A stretch of 64,000 nt of DNA from the NCBI RefSeq assembly GCF_009914755.1, contig NC_060946.1; one strand, 5' to 3'. The notes under the pieces are model-generated. The model worked only from the letters and a program-made list of their open reading frames with translations. It searched no databases and was not told where the DNA came from. Source of the DNA: the human T2T-CHM13v2.0 reference genome, Homo sapiens. Below, in pieces: positions 41,501-56,000 of this stretch. How positions within the stretch are numbered: the first letter of the stretch is position 1; every line of letters starts with the position of its first letter. The position numbers were made by a program, and so were the translations under genes.

Positions 41501-42139
41501 GAAAGATCCACCTCTGTTAGCTGAGATCACACTTCACAAACAAGTTTATCAGAATGCTTCTGTCTAGTTTTTATTTGAAGATATATCCTTTCTCACTATA
41601 GACCTGAAAGCTGTCCTAAAGTTCACTTCCAGATACTACAGAAAGAGTGTTTCAAAACTGCTGTACGAAAGGGAATGTTCAACTCTGTGACTTGAATGCA
41701 CACATCACAAGGATGTTTCTGAGGATGCTGCTGTCTACTTTTTATACGTAATCCCGTTTCCAACGAAATCCTCCAAGCTATCCAAATATCCACTTGCAGA
41801 TTCCACAGAAAGACTGTTTCAAAACTGCTCTGTCAATAGAAAGGTTCAACTCTATTAGCTGCGTACATATATCCCAAAGAAGATTCTGAGATTGCTTCTG
41901 TCTAGTTTTTATGGGAAGATATTTCCCTTTTCACCGTAGGTGTCAAGGCGCTCCAAATGTCCACTTCCAGATACTACAAAAAGAGTGTTTCAAACCTACT
42001 CTGTGAAAGGGAATATTCAACTCTGTGACTTAAAGGCAGATATCACAAAGAAGTTTCTGAGAATGCTTCTGTCGAGATTTTATATGAAGATATTCCCCTT
42101 TCCAACGAAATCCTGAAATCTATCCAAATATCCCCTCGC

Positions 42140-45100
42140 AGATTCTACAAAAAGAGTGTTTCAAAACTGCTCTGTGAAAAGAAAGGTTCAACTCTGTTAG
42201 TTGAGTACACACATCACAAACAAGTTTCACAGAATGCTTCTTTCTAGCTTGTAGGGGAAGATATTCCCTTTATCACCATGGGCCTCAAACCGTCCGAAAC
42301 GTCCACTTCCATATACTACAAAAAGAGTGTTTCAAACCTGCTCTATGAAAGGCAATGTTCAACTCTGTGACTTGAATGCAGACATCACAGAGCAGTTTCT
42401 GAGAATGCTTCTGTCTAGATTTTATAGGAAGATATTCCCGTTTCCAACGAAATCTTCACAGGTATCCAAATATCCACTTGCAGATTCTACAAAAAGAGTG
42501 TATCAAAACTGCTCTGTCAAAAGGAAGGTTCTTCTCTGTTAGGTGAGTGCATACGTCATAAAGGAGTTTCTGAGAATGTTTCTGTCTAGTGGTTATGGGA
42601 AGATATTTGCTTTTTCACCGTAGGCCTCAGAGCGCTCCAAATATCCACTTGCACATACTACAAAAAGAGTGCTTCAAACCTGCTCTCTGAAACGGAATGT
42701 TCAACTCTATGAGTTGAATGCAAACATCACAAAGACGTTTCTGAGAATGCTTCTGTCTAGATTTGATATGAAGATATTCCCGTTTCCAAAGAAATCTTCA
42801 AATCTATCCAAATGTCCTCTTGCAGATTCAACAAAAAGTGTTTTTCAGAACTGCTCTATCAAAAGAAAGATCCACGTGTGTTAGCTGAGTTCACACATCA
42901 CGAACAAGTTTATGAGAATGCTTCTGTCTAGTTTTTATTTGAAGATATTTCCTTTCTCACCATAGACCTGAAAGCTGTCCTAATGTTCACTTCCAGATAC
43001 TACAGAAAGAGTGTTTCAAAACTGCTGTACGAAAGGGAATGTTCAACTCTGTGACTTGAATGCACACATCACAAAGAAGTTTCTGAGGATGCTGCTGTCT
43101 ACTTTTTATACGTAATCCCGTTTCCAACGAAATCCTCCAAGCTATCCAAATATCCACTTGCAGATTCCACAGAAAGACTGTTTCAAAACTGCTATGTCAA
43201 TAGAAAAGTTCAACTCTGTTAGCTGTGTGCATATATCCCAAAGAAAATTCTGAGATTGCTTCTGTCTAGTTTTTATGGGAAGATATTTCCCTTTTCACCG
43301 TAGGCGTCAAGGCGCTCCAAATGTCCACTTCCAGATACTACAAAAAGAGTGTTTCAAACCTACTCTGTGAAAGGGAATATTCAACTCTGTGACTTGAAGG
43401 CAGATATCACAAAGAAGTTTCTGAGAATGCTTCTGTCGAGATTTTATATGAAGATATTCCCGTTTCCAACGAAATCCTGAAATCTATCCAAATATCCCCT
43501 CGCAGATTCTACAAAAAGAGTGTTTCAAAACTGCTCTGTAAAAAGAAAGGTTCAACTCTGTTAGTTGAGTACACACATCACAAACAAGTTTCACAGAATG
43601 CTTCTTTCTAGCTTGTAGGGGAAGATATTCCCTTTATCACCATGGGCCTCAAACCGTCCGAAACGTCCACTTCCATATACTACAAAAAGAGCGTTTCAAA
43701 CCTGCTCTATGAAAGGCAATGTTCAACTCTGTGACTTGAATGCAGACATCACAGAGCAGTTTCTGAGAATGCTTCTGTCTAGATTTTATAGGAAGATATT
43801 CCCGTTTCCAACAAAATCTTCACAGCTATCCAAATATCCACTTGCAGATTCTACAAAAAGAGTGTATCAAAACTGCTCTGTCAAAAGGAAGGTTCTTCTC
43901 TGTTAGGTGAGTGCATACGTCATAAAGGAGTTTCTGAGAATGTTTCTGTCTAGTGGTTATGGGAAGATATTTGCTTTTTCACCGTAGGCCTCAGAGCGCT
44001 CCAAATATCCACTTGCACATACTACAAAAAGAGTGTTTCAAAGCTGCTCTCTGAAAGGGAATGTTCAACTCTATGAGTTGAATGCAAACATGACAAAGAC
44101 GTTTCTGAGAATGCTTCTGTCTAGATTTGATATGAAGATATTCCCGTTTCCAACGAAATCTTCAAATCTATCCAAATGTCCACTTGCAGATTCAACAAAG
44201 TGTTTTTCAGAACTGCTCTATCAAAAGAAAGATCCACCTCTGTTAGCTGAGATCACACTTCACAAACAAGTTTATCAGAATGCTTCTGTCTAGTTTTTAT
44301 TTGAAGATATATCCTTTCTCACTATAGACCTGAAAGCTGTCCTAAAGTTCACTTCCAGATACTACAGAAAGAGTGTTTCAAAACTGCTGTACGAAAGGGA
44401 ATGTTCAACTCTGTGACTTGAATGCACACATCACAAGGATGTTTCTGAGGATGCTGCTGTCTACTTTTTATACGTAATCCCGTTTCCAACGAAATCCTCC
44501 AAGCTATCCAAATATCCACTTGCAGATTCCACAGAAAGACTGTTTCAAAACTGCTCTGTCAATAGAAAGGTTCAACTCTATTAGCTGCGTACATATATCC
44601 CAAAGAAGATTCTGAGATTGCTTCTGTCTAGTTTTTATGGGAAGATATTTCCCTTTTCACCGTAGGTGTCAAGGCGCTCCAAATGTCCACTTCCAGATAC
44701 TACAAAAAGAGTGTTTCAAACCTACTCTGTGAAAGGGAATATTCAACTCTGTGACTTAAAGGCAGATATCACAAAGAAGTTTCTGAGAATGCTTCTGTCG
44801 AGATTTTATATGAAGATATTCCCCTTTCCAACGAAATCCTGAAATCTATCCAAATATCCCCTCGCAGATTCTACAAAAAGAGTGTTTCAAAACTGCTCTG
44901 TAAAAAGAAAGGTTCAACTCTGTTAGTTGAGTACACACATCACAAACAAGTTTCACAGAATGCTTCTTTCTAGCTTGTAGGGGAAGATATTCCCTTTATC
45001 ACCATGGGCCTCAAACCGTCCGAAACGTCCACTTCCATATACTACAAAAAGAGTGTTTCAAACCTGCTCTATGAAAGGCAATGTTCAACTCAGTGACTTG

Positions 45101-48100
45101 AATGCAGACATCACAGAGCAGTTTCTTAGAATGCTTCTGTCTAGATTTTATAGGAAGATATTCCCGTTTCCAACGAAATCTTCACAGGTATCCAAATATC
45201 CACTTGCAGATTCTACAAAAAGAGTGTATCAAAACTGCTCTGTCAAAAGGAAGGTTCTTCTCTGTTAGGTGAGTGCATACGTCATAAAGGAGTTTCTGAG
45301 AATGTTTCTGTCTAGTGGTTATGGGAAGATATTTGCTTTTTCACCGTAGGCCTCAGAGCGCTCCAAATATCCACTTGCACATACTACAAAAAGAGTGCTT
45401 CAAACCTGCTCTCTGAAACGGAATGTTCAACTCTATGAGTTGAATGCAAACATCACAAAGACGTTTCTGAGAATGCTTCTGTCTAGATTTGATATGAAGA
45501 TATTCCCGTTTCCAACGAAATCTTCAAATCTATCCAAATGTCCTCTTGCAGATTCAACAAAAAGTGTTTTTCAGAACTGCTCTATCAAAAGAAAGATCCA
45601 CGTGTGTTAGCTGAGTTCACACATCACGAACAAGTTTATGAGAATGCTTCTGTCTAGTTTTTATTTGAAGATATTTCCTTTCTCACCATAGACCTGAAAG
45701 CTGTCCTAATGTTCACTTCCAGATACTACAGAAAGAGTGTTTCAAAACTGCTGTACGAAAGGGAATGTTCAACTCTGTGACTTGAATGCACACATCACAA
45801 AGAAGTTTCTGAGGATGCTGCTGTCTACTTTTTATACGTAATCCCGTTTCCAAAGAAATCCTCGAAGCTATCCAAATATCCACTTGCAGATTCCACAGAA
45901 AGACTGTTTCAAAACTGCTCTGTCAATAGAAAGGTTCAACTCTATTAGCTGCGTGCATATATCCCAAAGAAGATTCTGAGATTGCTTCTGTCTAGTTTTT
46001 ATGGGAAGATATTTACCTTTTCACCGTAGGCGCCAAGGCGTTCCAAATGTCCACTTCCAGATACTACAAAAAGAGTGTTTCAAACCTACTCTGTGAAAGG
46101 GAATATTCAACTCTGTGACTTGAAGGCAGATATCACAAAGAAGTTTCTGAGAATGTTTCTGTCGAGATTTTATATGAAGATATTCCCGTTTCCAACGAAA
46201 TCCTGAAATCTATCCAAATATCCCCTCGCAGATTCTACAAAAAGAGTGTTTCAAAAGTGCTCTGTAAAAAGAAAGGTTCAACTCTGTTAGCTGAGTACAC
46301 ACATCACAAACAAGTTTCACAGAATGCTTCTTTCTATCTTGTAGGGGAAGATATTCCCTTTATCACTATGGGCCTCAAACCGTCCGAAACGTCTACTTCC
46401 ATATACTACAAAAAGAGCGTTTCAAACGTGCTCTATGAAAGGCAATGTTCAACTCTGTGACTTGAATGCAGACATCACAGAGCAGTTTCTGAGAATGCTT
46501 CTGTCTAGATTTTATAGGAAGATATTCCCGTTTCCAACGAAATCTTCACAGCTATCCAAATATCCACTTGCAGATTCTACAAAAAGAGTGTATCAAAACT
46601 GCTCTGTCAAAAGGAAGGTTCTTCTCTTTTAGGTGAGTGCATAGGTCATAAAGGAGTTTCTGAGAATGTTTCTGTCTAGTGGTTATGGGAAGATATTTGC
46701 TTTTTCACCGTAGGCCTCAGAGCGCTCCAAATATCCACTTGCACATACTACAAAAAGAGTGTTTCAAAGCTGCTCTCTGAAAGGGAATGTTCAACTCTAT
46801 GAGTTGAATGCAAACATGACAAAGACGTTTCTGAGAATGCTTCTGTCTAGATTTGATATGAAGATATTCCCGTTTCTAACGAAATCTTCAAATCTATCCA
46901 AATGTCCACTTGCAGATTCAACAAAGTGTTTTTCAGAACTGCTCTATCAAAAGAAAGATCCACCTCTGTTAGCTGAGTTCACACTTCACAAACAAGTTTA
47001 TCAGAATGCTTCTGTCTAGTTTTTATTTGAAGATATATCCTTTCTCACTATAGACCTGAAAGCTCTCCTAAAGTTCACTTCCAGATACTACAGAAAGAGT
47101 GTTTCGAAACTGCTGTATGAAAGGGAATGTTCAACTCTGTGACTTGAATGCACACATCACAAAGAAGTTTCTGAGGATGCTGCTGTCTACTTTTTATACG
47201 TAATCCCGTTTCCAACGAAATCCTCCAAGCTATCCAAATATCCACTTGCAGATTCCACAGAAAGACTGTTTCAAAACTGCTCTGTCAATAGAAAGGTTCA
47301 ACTCTGTTAGCTGCGTGCATATATGCCAAAGAAGATTCTGAGATTGCTTCTGTCTAGTTTTTATGGGAAGATATTTCCCTTTTCACCGTAGGCGTCAAGG
47401 CGCTCCAAATGTCCACTTCCAGATACTACAAAAAGAGTGTTTCAAACCTACTCTGTGAAAGGGAATATTCAACTCTGTGACTTGAAGGCAGATATCACAA
47501 AGAAGTTTCTGAGAATGCTTCTGTCGAGATTTTATATGAAGATATTCCCGTTTCCAACGAAATCCTGAAATCTATCCAAATATCCCCTCGCAGATTCTAC
47601 AAAAAGAGTGTTTCAAAACTGCTCTGTGAAAAGAAAGGTTCAACTCTGTTAGTTGAGTACACACATCACAAACAAGTTTCACAGAATGCTTCTTTCTAGC
47701 TTGTAGGGGAAGATATTCCCTTTATCACCATGGGCCTCAAACCGTCCGAAACGTCCACTTCCATATACTACAAAAAGAGTGTTTCAAACCTGCTCTATGA
47801 AAGGCAATGTTCAACTCTGTGACTTGAATGCAGACATCACAGAGCAGTTTCTGAGAATGCTTCTGTCTAGATTTTATAGGAAGATATTCCCGTTTCCAAC
47901 GAAATCTTCACAGGTATCCAAATATCCACTTGCAGATTCTACAAAAAGAGTGTATCAAAACTGCTCTGTCAAAAGGAAGGTTCTTCTCTGTTAGGTGAGT
48001 GCATACGTCATAAAGGAGTTTCTGAGAATATTTCTGTCTAGTGGTTATGGGAAGATATTTGCTTTTTCACCGTAGGCCTCAGAGCGCTCCAAATATCCAC

Positions 48101-51100
48101 TTGCACATACTACAAAAAGAGTGCTTCAAACCTGCTCTCTGAAACGGAATGTTCAACTCTATGAGTTGAATGCAAACATCACAAAGACGTTTCTGAGAAT
48201 GCTTCTGTCTAGATTTGATATGAAGATATTCCCGTTTCCAAAGAAATCTTCAAATCTATCCAAATGTCCTCTTGCAGATTCAACAAAAAGTGTTTTTCAG
48301 AACTGCTCTATCAAAAGAAAGATCCACGTGTGTTAGCTGAGTTCACACATCACGAACAAGTTTATGAGAATGCTTCTGTCTAGTTTTTATTTGAAGATAT
48401 TTCCTTTCTCACTATAGACCTGAAAGCTGTCCTAATGTTCACTTCCAGATACTACAGAAAGAGTGTTTCAAAACTGCTGTACGAAAGGGAATGTTCAACT
48501 CTGTGACTTGAATGCACACATCACAAAGAAGTTTCTGAGGATGCTGCTGTCTACTTTTTATACGTAATCCCGTTTCCAACGAAATCCTCCAAGCTATCCA
48601 AATATCCACTTGCAGATTCCACAGAAAGACTGTTTCAAAACTGCTCTGTCAATAGAAAGGTTCAACTCTGTTAGCTGTGTGCATATATCCCAAAGAAAAT
48701 TCTGAGATTGCTTCTGTCTAGTTTTTATGGGAAGATATTTCCCTTTTCACCGTAGGCGTCAAGGCGCTCCAAATGTCCACTTCCAGATACTACAAAAAGA
48801 GTGTTTCAAACCTACTCTGTGAAAGGGAATATTCAACTCTGTGACTTGAAGGCAGATATCACAAAGAAGTTTCTGAGAATGCTTCTGTCGAGATTTTATA
48901 TGAAGATATTCCCGTTTCCAACGAAATCCTGAAATCTATCCAAATATCCCCTCGCAGATTCTACAAAAAGAGTGTTTCAAAACTGCTCTGTAAAAAGAAA
49001 GGTTCAACTCTGTTAGTTGAGTACACACATCACAAACAAGTTTCACAGAATGCTTCTTTCTAGCTTGTAGGGGAAGATATTCCCTTTATCACCATGGGCC
49101 TCAAACCGTCCGAAACGTCCACTTCCATATACTACAAAAAGAGCGTTTCAAACCTGCTCTATGAAAGGCAATGTTCAACTCTGTGACTTGAATGCAGACA
49201 TCACAGAGCAGTTTCTGAGAATGCTTCTGTCTAGATTTTATAGGAAGATATTCCCGTTTCCAACAAAATCTTCACAGCTATCCAAATATCCACTTGCAGA
49301 TTCTACAAAAAGAGTGTATCAAAACTGCTCTGTCAAAAGGAAGGTTCTTCTCTGTTAGGTGAGTGCATACGTCATAAAGGAGTTTCTGAGAATGTTTCTG
49401 TCTAGTGGTTATGGGAAGATATTTGCTTTTTCACCGTAGGCCTCAGAGCGCTCCAAATATCCACTTGCACATACTACAAAAAGAGTGTTTCAAAGCTGCT
49501 CTCTGAAAGGGAATGTTCAACTCTATGAGTTGAATGCAAACATGACAAAGACGTTTCTGAGAATGCTTCTGTCTAGATTTGATATGAAGATATTCCCGTT
49601 TCCAACGAAATCTTCAAATCTATCCAAATGTCCACTTGCAGATTCAACAAAGTGTTTTTCAGAACTGCTCTATCAAAAGAAAGATCCACCTCTGTTAGCT
49701 GAGATCACACTTCACAAACAAGTTTATCAGAATGCTTCTGTCTAGTTTTTATTTGAAGATATATCCTTTCTCACTATAGACCTGAAAGCTGTCCTAAAGT
49801 TCACTTCCAGATACTACAGAAAGAGTGTTTCAAAACTGCTGTACGAAAGGGAATGTTCAACTCTGTGACTTGAATGCACACATCACAAGGATGTTTCTGA
49901 GGATGCTGCTGTCTACTTTTTATACGTAATCCCGTTTCCAACGAAATCCTCCAAGCTATCCAAATATCCACTTGCAGATTCCACAGAAAGACTGTTTCAA
50001 AACTGCTCTGTCAATAGAAAGGTTCAACTCTATTAGCTGCGTACATATATCCCAAAGAAGATTCTGAGATTGCTTCTGTCTAGTTTTTATGGGAAGATAT
50101 TTCCCTTTTCACCGTAGGTGTCAAGGCGCTCCAAATGTCCACTTCCAGATACTACAAAAAGAGTGTTTCAAACCTACTCTGTGAAAGGGAATATTCAACT
50201 CTGTGACTTAAAGGCAGATATCACAAAGAAGTTTCTGAGAATGCTTCTGTCGAGATTTTATATGAAGATATTCCCCTTTCCAACGAAATCCTGAAATCTA
50301 TCCAAATATCCCCTCGCAGATTCTACAAAAAGAGTGTTTCAAAACTGCTCTGTAAAAAGAAAGGTTCAACTCTGTTAGTTGAGTACACACATCACAAACA
50401 AGTTTCACAGAATGCTTCTTTCTAGCTTGTAGGGGAAGATATTCCCTTTATCACCATGGGCCTCAAACCGTCCGAAACGTCCACTTCCATATACTACAAA
50501 AAGAGTGTTTCAAACCTGCTCTATGAAAGGCAATGTTCAACTCAGTGACTTGAATGCAGACATCACAGAGCAGTTTCTGAGAATGCTTCTGTCTAGATTT
50601 TATAGGAAGATATTCCCGTTTCCAACGAAATCTTCACAGGTATCCAAATATCCACTTGCAGATTCTACAAAAAGAGTGTATCAAAACTGCTCTGTCAAAA
50701 GGAAGGTTCTTCTCTGTTAGGTGAGTGCATACGTCATAAAGGAGTTTCTGAGAATGTTTCTGTCTAGTGGTTATGGGAAGATATTTGCTTTTTCACCGTA
50801 GGCCTCAGAGCGCTCCAAATATCCACTTGCACATACTACAAAAAGAGTGCTTCAAACCTGCTCTCTGAAACGGAATGTTCAACTCTATGAGTTGAATGCA
50901 AACATCACAAAGACGTTTCTGAGAATGCTTCTGTCTAGATTTGATATGAAGATATTCCCGTTTCCAACGAAATCTTCAAATCTATCCAAATGTCCTCTTG
51001 CAGATTCAACAAAAAGTGTTTTTCAGAACTGCTCTATCAAAAGAAAGATCCACGTGTGTTAGCTGAGTTCACACATCACAAACAAGTTTATGAGAATGCT

Positions 51101-53043
51101 TCTGTCTAGTTTTTATTTGAAGATATTTCCTTTCTCACCATAGACCTGAAAGCTGTCCTAATGTTCACTTCCAGATACTACAGAAAGAGTGTTTCAAAAC
51201 TGCTGTACGAAAGGGAATGTTCAACTCTGTGACTTGAATGCACACATCACAAAGAAGTTTCTGAGGATGCTGCTGTCTACTTTTTATACGTAATCCCGTT
51301 TCCAAAGAAATCCTCGAAGCTATCCAAATATCCACTTGCAGATTCCACAGAAAGACTGTTTCAAAACTGCTCTGTCAATAGAAAGGTTCAACTCTATTAG
51401 CTGCGTGCATATATCCCAAAGAAGATTCTGAGATTGCTTCTGTCTAGTTTTTATGGGAAGATATTTACCTTTTCACCGTAGGCGCCAAGGCGTTCCAAAT
51501 GTCCACTTCCAGATACTACAAAAAGAGTGTTTCAAACCTACTCTGTGAAAGGGAATATTCAACTCTGTGACTTGAAGGCAGATATCACAAAGAAGTTTCT
51601 GAGAATGTTTCTGTCGAGATTTTATATGAAGATATTCCCGTTTCCAACGAAATCCTGAAATCTATCCAAATATCCCCTCGCAGATTCTACAAAAAGAGTG
51701 TTTCAAAAGTGCTCTGTAAAAAGAAAGGTTCAACTCTGTTAGCTGAGTACACACATCACAAACAAGTTTCACAGAATGCTTCTTTCTATCTTGTAGGGGA
51801 AGATATTCCCTTTATCACTATGGGCCTCAAACCGTCCGAAACGTCTACTTCCATATACTACAAAAAGAGCGTTTCAAACGTGCTCTATGAAAGGCAATGT
51901 TCAACTCTGTGACTTGAATGCAGACATCACAGAGCAGTTTCTGAGAATGCTTCTGTCTAGATTTTATAGGAAGATATTCCCGTTTCCAACGAAATCTTCA
52001 CAGCTATCCAAATATCCACTTGCAGATTCTACAAAAAGAGTGTATCAAAACTGCTCTGTCAAAAGGAAGGTTCTTCTCTTTTAGGTGAGTGCATAGGTCA
52101 TAAAGGAGTTTCTGAGAATGTTTCTGTCTAGTGGTTATGGGAAGATATTTGCTTTTTCACCGTAGGCCTCAGAGCGCTCCAAATATCCACTTGCACATAC
52201 TACAAAAAGAGTGTTTCAAAGCTGCTCTCTGAAAGGGAATGTTCAACTCTATGAGTTGAATGCAAACATGACAAAGACGTTTCTGAGAATGCTTCTGTCT
52301 AGATTTGATATGAAGATATTCCCGTTTCTAACGAAATCTTCAAATCTATCCAAATGTCCACTTGCAGATTCAACAAAGTGTTTTTCAGAACTGCTCTATC
52401 AAAAGAAAGATCCACCTCTGTTAGCTGAGTTCACACTTCACAAACAAGTTTATCAGAATGCTTCTGTCTAGTTTTTATTTGAAGATATATCCTTTCTCAC
52501 TATAGACCTGAAAGCTCTCCTAAAGTTCACTTCCAGATACTACAGAAAGAGTGTTTCGAAACTGCTGTATGAAAGGGAATGTTCAACTCTGTGACTTGAA
52601 TGCACACATCACAAAGAAGTTTCTGAGGATGCTGCTGTCTACTTTTTATACGTAATCCCGTTTCCAACGAAATCCTCCAAGCTATCCAAATATCCACTTG
52701 CAGATTCCACAGAAAGACTGTTTCAAAACTGCTCTGTCAATAGAAAGGTTCAACTCTGTTAGCTGCCTGCATATATCCCAAAGAAGATTCTGAGATTGCT
52801 TCTGTCTAGTTTTTATGGGAAGATATTTCCCTTTTCACCGTAGGCGTCAAGGCGCTCCAAATGTCCACTTCCAGATACTACAAAAAGAGTGTTTCAAACC
52901 TACTCTGTGAAAGGGAATATTCAACTCTGTGACTTGAAGGCAGATATCACAAAGAAGTTTCTGAGAATGCTTCTGTCGAGATTTTATATGAAGATATTCC
53001 CGTTTCCAACGAAATCCTGAAATCTATCCAAATATCCCCTCGC
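42140..53043 (-). repeat. Tandem duplication of a 4-HOR block (5452 bp x2)
   Basis: Private variants repeat at +5452: ctgtgaaaagaa (42176/47628), ctcagtgact (45089/50541), ttagctgagtac. ORF pairs 42327/47779, 45053/50505 and 46257/51709. Confidence 0.9.
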
Positions 53044-56000
53044 AGATTCTACAAAAAGAGTGTTTCAAAACTGCTCTGTAAAAAGAAAGGTTCAACTCTG
53101 TTAGTTGAGTACACACATCACAAACAAGTTTCACAGAATGCTTCTTTCTAGCTTGTAGGGGAAGATATTCCCTTTATCACCATGGGCCTCAAACCGTCCG
53201 AAACGTCCACTTCCATATACTACAAAAAGAGTGTTTCAAACCTGCTCTATGAAAGGCAATGTTCAACTCTGTGACTTGAATGCAGACATCACAGAGCAGT
53301 TTCTGAGAATGCTTCTGTCTAGATTTTATAGGAAGATATTCCCGTTTCCAACGAAATCTTCACAGCTATCCAAATATCCACTTGCAGATTCTACAAAAGG
53401 AGTGTATCAAAACTGCTCTGTCAAAAGGAAGGTTCTTCTCTGTTAGGTGAGTGCATACGTCATAAAGGAGTTTCTGAGAATGTTTCTGTCTAGTGGTTAT
53501 GGGAAGATATTTGCTTTTTCACCGTAGGCCTCAGAGCGCTCCAAATATCCGCTTGCACATACTACAAACAGAGTGCTTCAAAGCTGCTCTCTGAAACGGA
53601 ATGTTCAACTCTATGAGTTGAATGCAAACATGACAAAGACGTTTCTGAGAATGCTTCTGTCTAGATTTGATATGAAGATATTCCCGTTTCAAACGAAATC
53701 TTCAAATCTATCCAAATGTCCACTTGCAGATTCAACAAAAATTGTTTTTCAGAACTGCTCTATCAAAAGAAAGATCCACGTGTGTTAGCTGAGTTCACAC
53801 ATCACAAACAAGTTTATGAGAATGCTTCTGTCTAGTTTTTATTTGAAGATATTTCCTTTCTCACCATAGACCTGAAAGCTGTCCTAATGTTCACTTCCAG
53901 ATACTACAGAAAGAGTGTTTCAAAACTGCTGTACGAAAGGGAATGTTCAACTCTGTGACTTGAATGCACACATCACAAAGAAGTTTCTGAGGATGCTGCT
54001 GTCTACTTTTTATACGTAATCCCGTTTCCAACGAAATCCTCCAAGCTATCCAAATATCCACTTGCAGATTCCACAGAAAGACTGTTTCAAAACTGCTCTG
54101 TCAATAGAAAGGTTCAACTCTGTTAGCTTCGTGCATATATCCCAAAGAAGATTCTGAGATTGCTTCTGTCTAGTTTTTATGGGAAGATATTTCCCTTTTC
54201 ACCATAGGCGTCAAGGCGCTCCAAATGTCCACTTCCAGATACTACAAAAAGAGTGTTTCAAACCTACTCTGTGAAAGGGAATATTCAACTCTGTGACTTG
54301 AATGCAGATATCACAAAGAAGTTTCTGAGAATGCTTCTGTCGAGATTTTATATGAAGATATTCCCGTTCCAACGAAATCCTGAAATCTATCCAAATATCC
54401 CCTCGCAGATTCTACAAAAAGAGTGTTTCAAAACTGCTCTGTAAAAAGAAAGGTTCAACTCTGTTAGTTGAGTACACACATCACAAACAAGTTTCACAGA
54501 ATGCTTCTTTCTAGCTTGTAGGGGAAGATATTCCCTTTATCACCATGGGCCTCAAACCGTCCGAAACGTCCACTTCCATATACTACAAAAAGAACGCTTC
54601 AAACCTACTCTATGAAAGACAATGTTCAACTCTGTGACTTGAATGCAGACATCACAGAGCAGTTTCTGAGAATGCTTCTGTCTAGATTTTATAGGAAGAT
54701 ATTCCCGTTTCCAACGAAATCTTCACAGCTATCCAAATATCCACTTGCAGATTCTACAAAAAGAGTGTATCAAAACTGCTCTGTCAAAAGGAAGGTTCTT
54801 CTCTGTTAGGTGAGTGCATACGTCATAAAGGAGTTTCTGAGAATGTTTCTGTCTAGTGGTTATGGGAAGATATTTGCTTTTTCACCGTAGGCCTCAGAGC
54901 GCTCCAAATATCCACTTGCACATACTACAAAAAGAGTGTTTCAAAGCTGCTCTCTGAAAGGGAATGTTCAACTCTATGAGTTGAATGCAAACATGACAAA
55001 GACGTTTCTGAGAATGCTTCTGTCTAGATTTGATATGAAGATATTCCCGTTTCCAACGAAATCTTCAAATCTATCCAAATGTCCACTTGCAGATTCAACA
55101 AAGTGTTTTTCAGAACTGCTCTATCAAAAGAAAGATCCACCTCTGTTAGCTGAGATCACACTTCACAAACAAGTTTATCAGAATGCTTCTGTCTAGTTTT
55201 TATTTGAAGATATATCCTTTCTCACTATAGACCTGAAAGCTGTCCTAAAGTTCACTTCCAGATACTACAGAAAGAGTGTTTCGAAACTGCTGTATGAAAG
55301 GGAATGTTCAACTCTGTGACTTGAATGCACACATCACAAAGAAGTTTCTGAGGATGCTGCTGTCTACTTTTTATACGTAATCCCGTTTCCAACGAAATCC
55401 TCCAAGCTATCCAAATATCCACTTGCAGATTCCACAGAAAGACTGTTTCAAAACTGCTCTGTCAATAGAAAGGTTCAACTCTGTTAGCTGCGTGCATATA
55501 TGCCAAAGAAGATTCTGAGATTGCTTCTGTCTAGTTTTTATGGGAAGATATTTCCCTTTTCACCGTAGGCGTCAAGGCGCTCCAAATGTCCACTTCCAGA
55601 TACTACAAAAAGAGTGTTTCAAACCTACTCTGTGAAAGGGAATATTCAACTCTGTGACTTGAAGGCAGATATCACAAAGAAGTTTCTGAGAATGCTTCTG
55701 TCGAGATTTTATATGAAGATATTCCCGTTTCCAACGAAATCCTGAAATCTATCCAAATATCCCCTCGCAGATTCTACAAAAAGAGTGTTTCAAAACTGCT
55801 CTGTAAAAAGAAAGGTTCAACTCTCTTAGTTGAGTACACACATCACAAACAAGTTTCACAGAATGCTTCTTTCTAGCTTGTAGGGGAAGATATTCCCTTT
55901 ATCACCATGGGCCTCAAACCGTCCGAAACGTCCACTTCCATATACTACAAAAAGAGTGTTTCAAACCTGCTCTATGAAAGGCAATGTTCAACTCTGTGAC

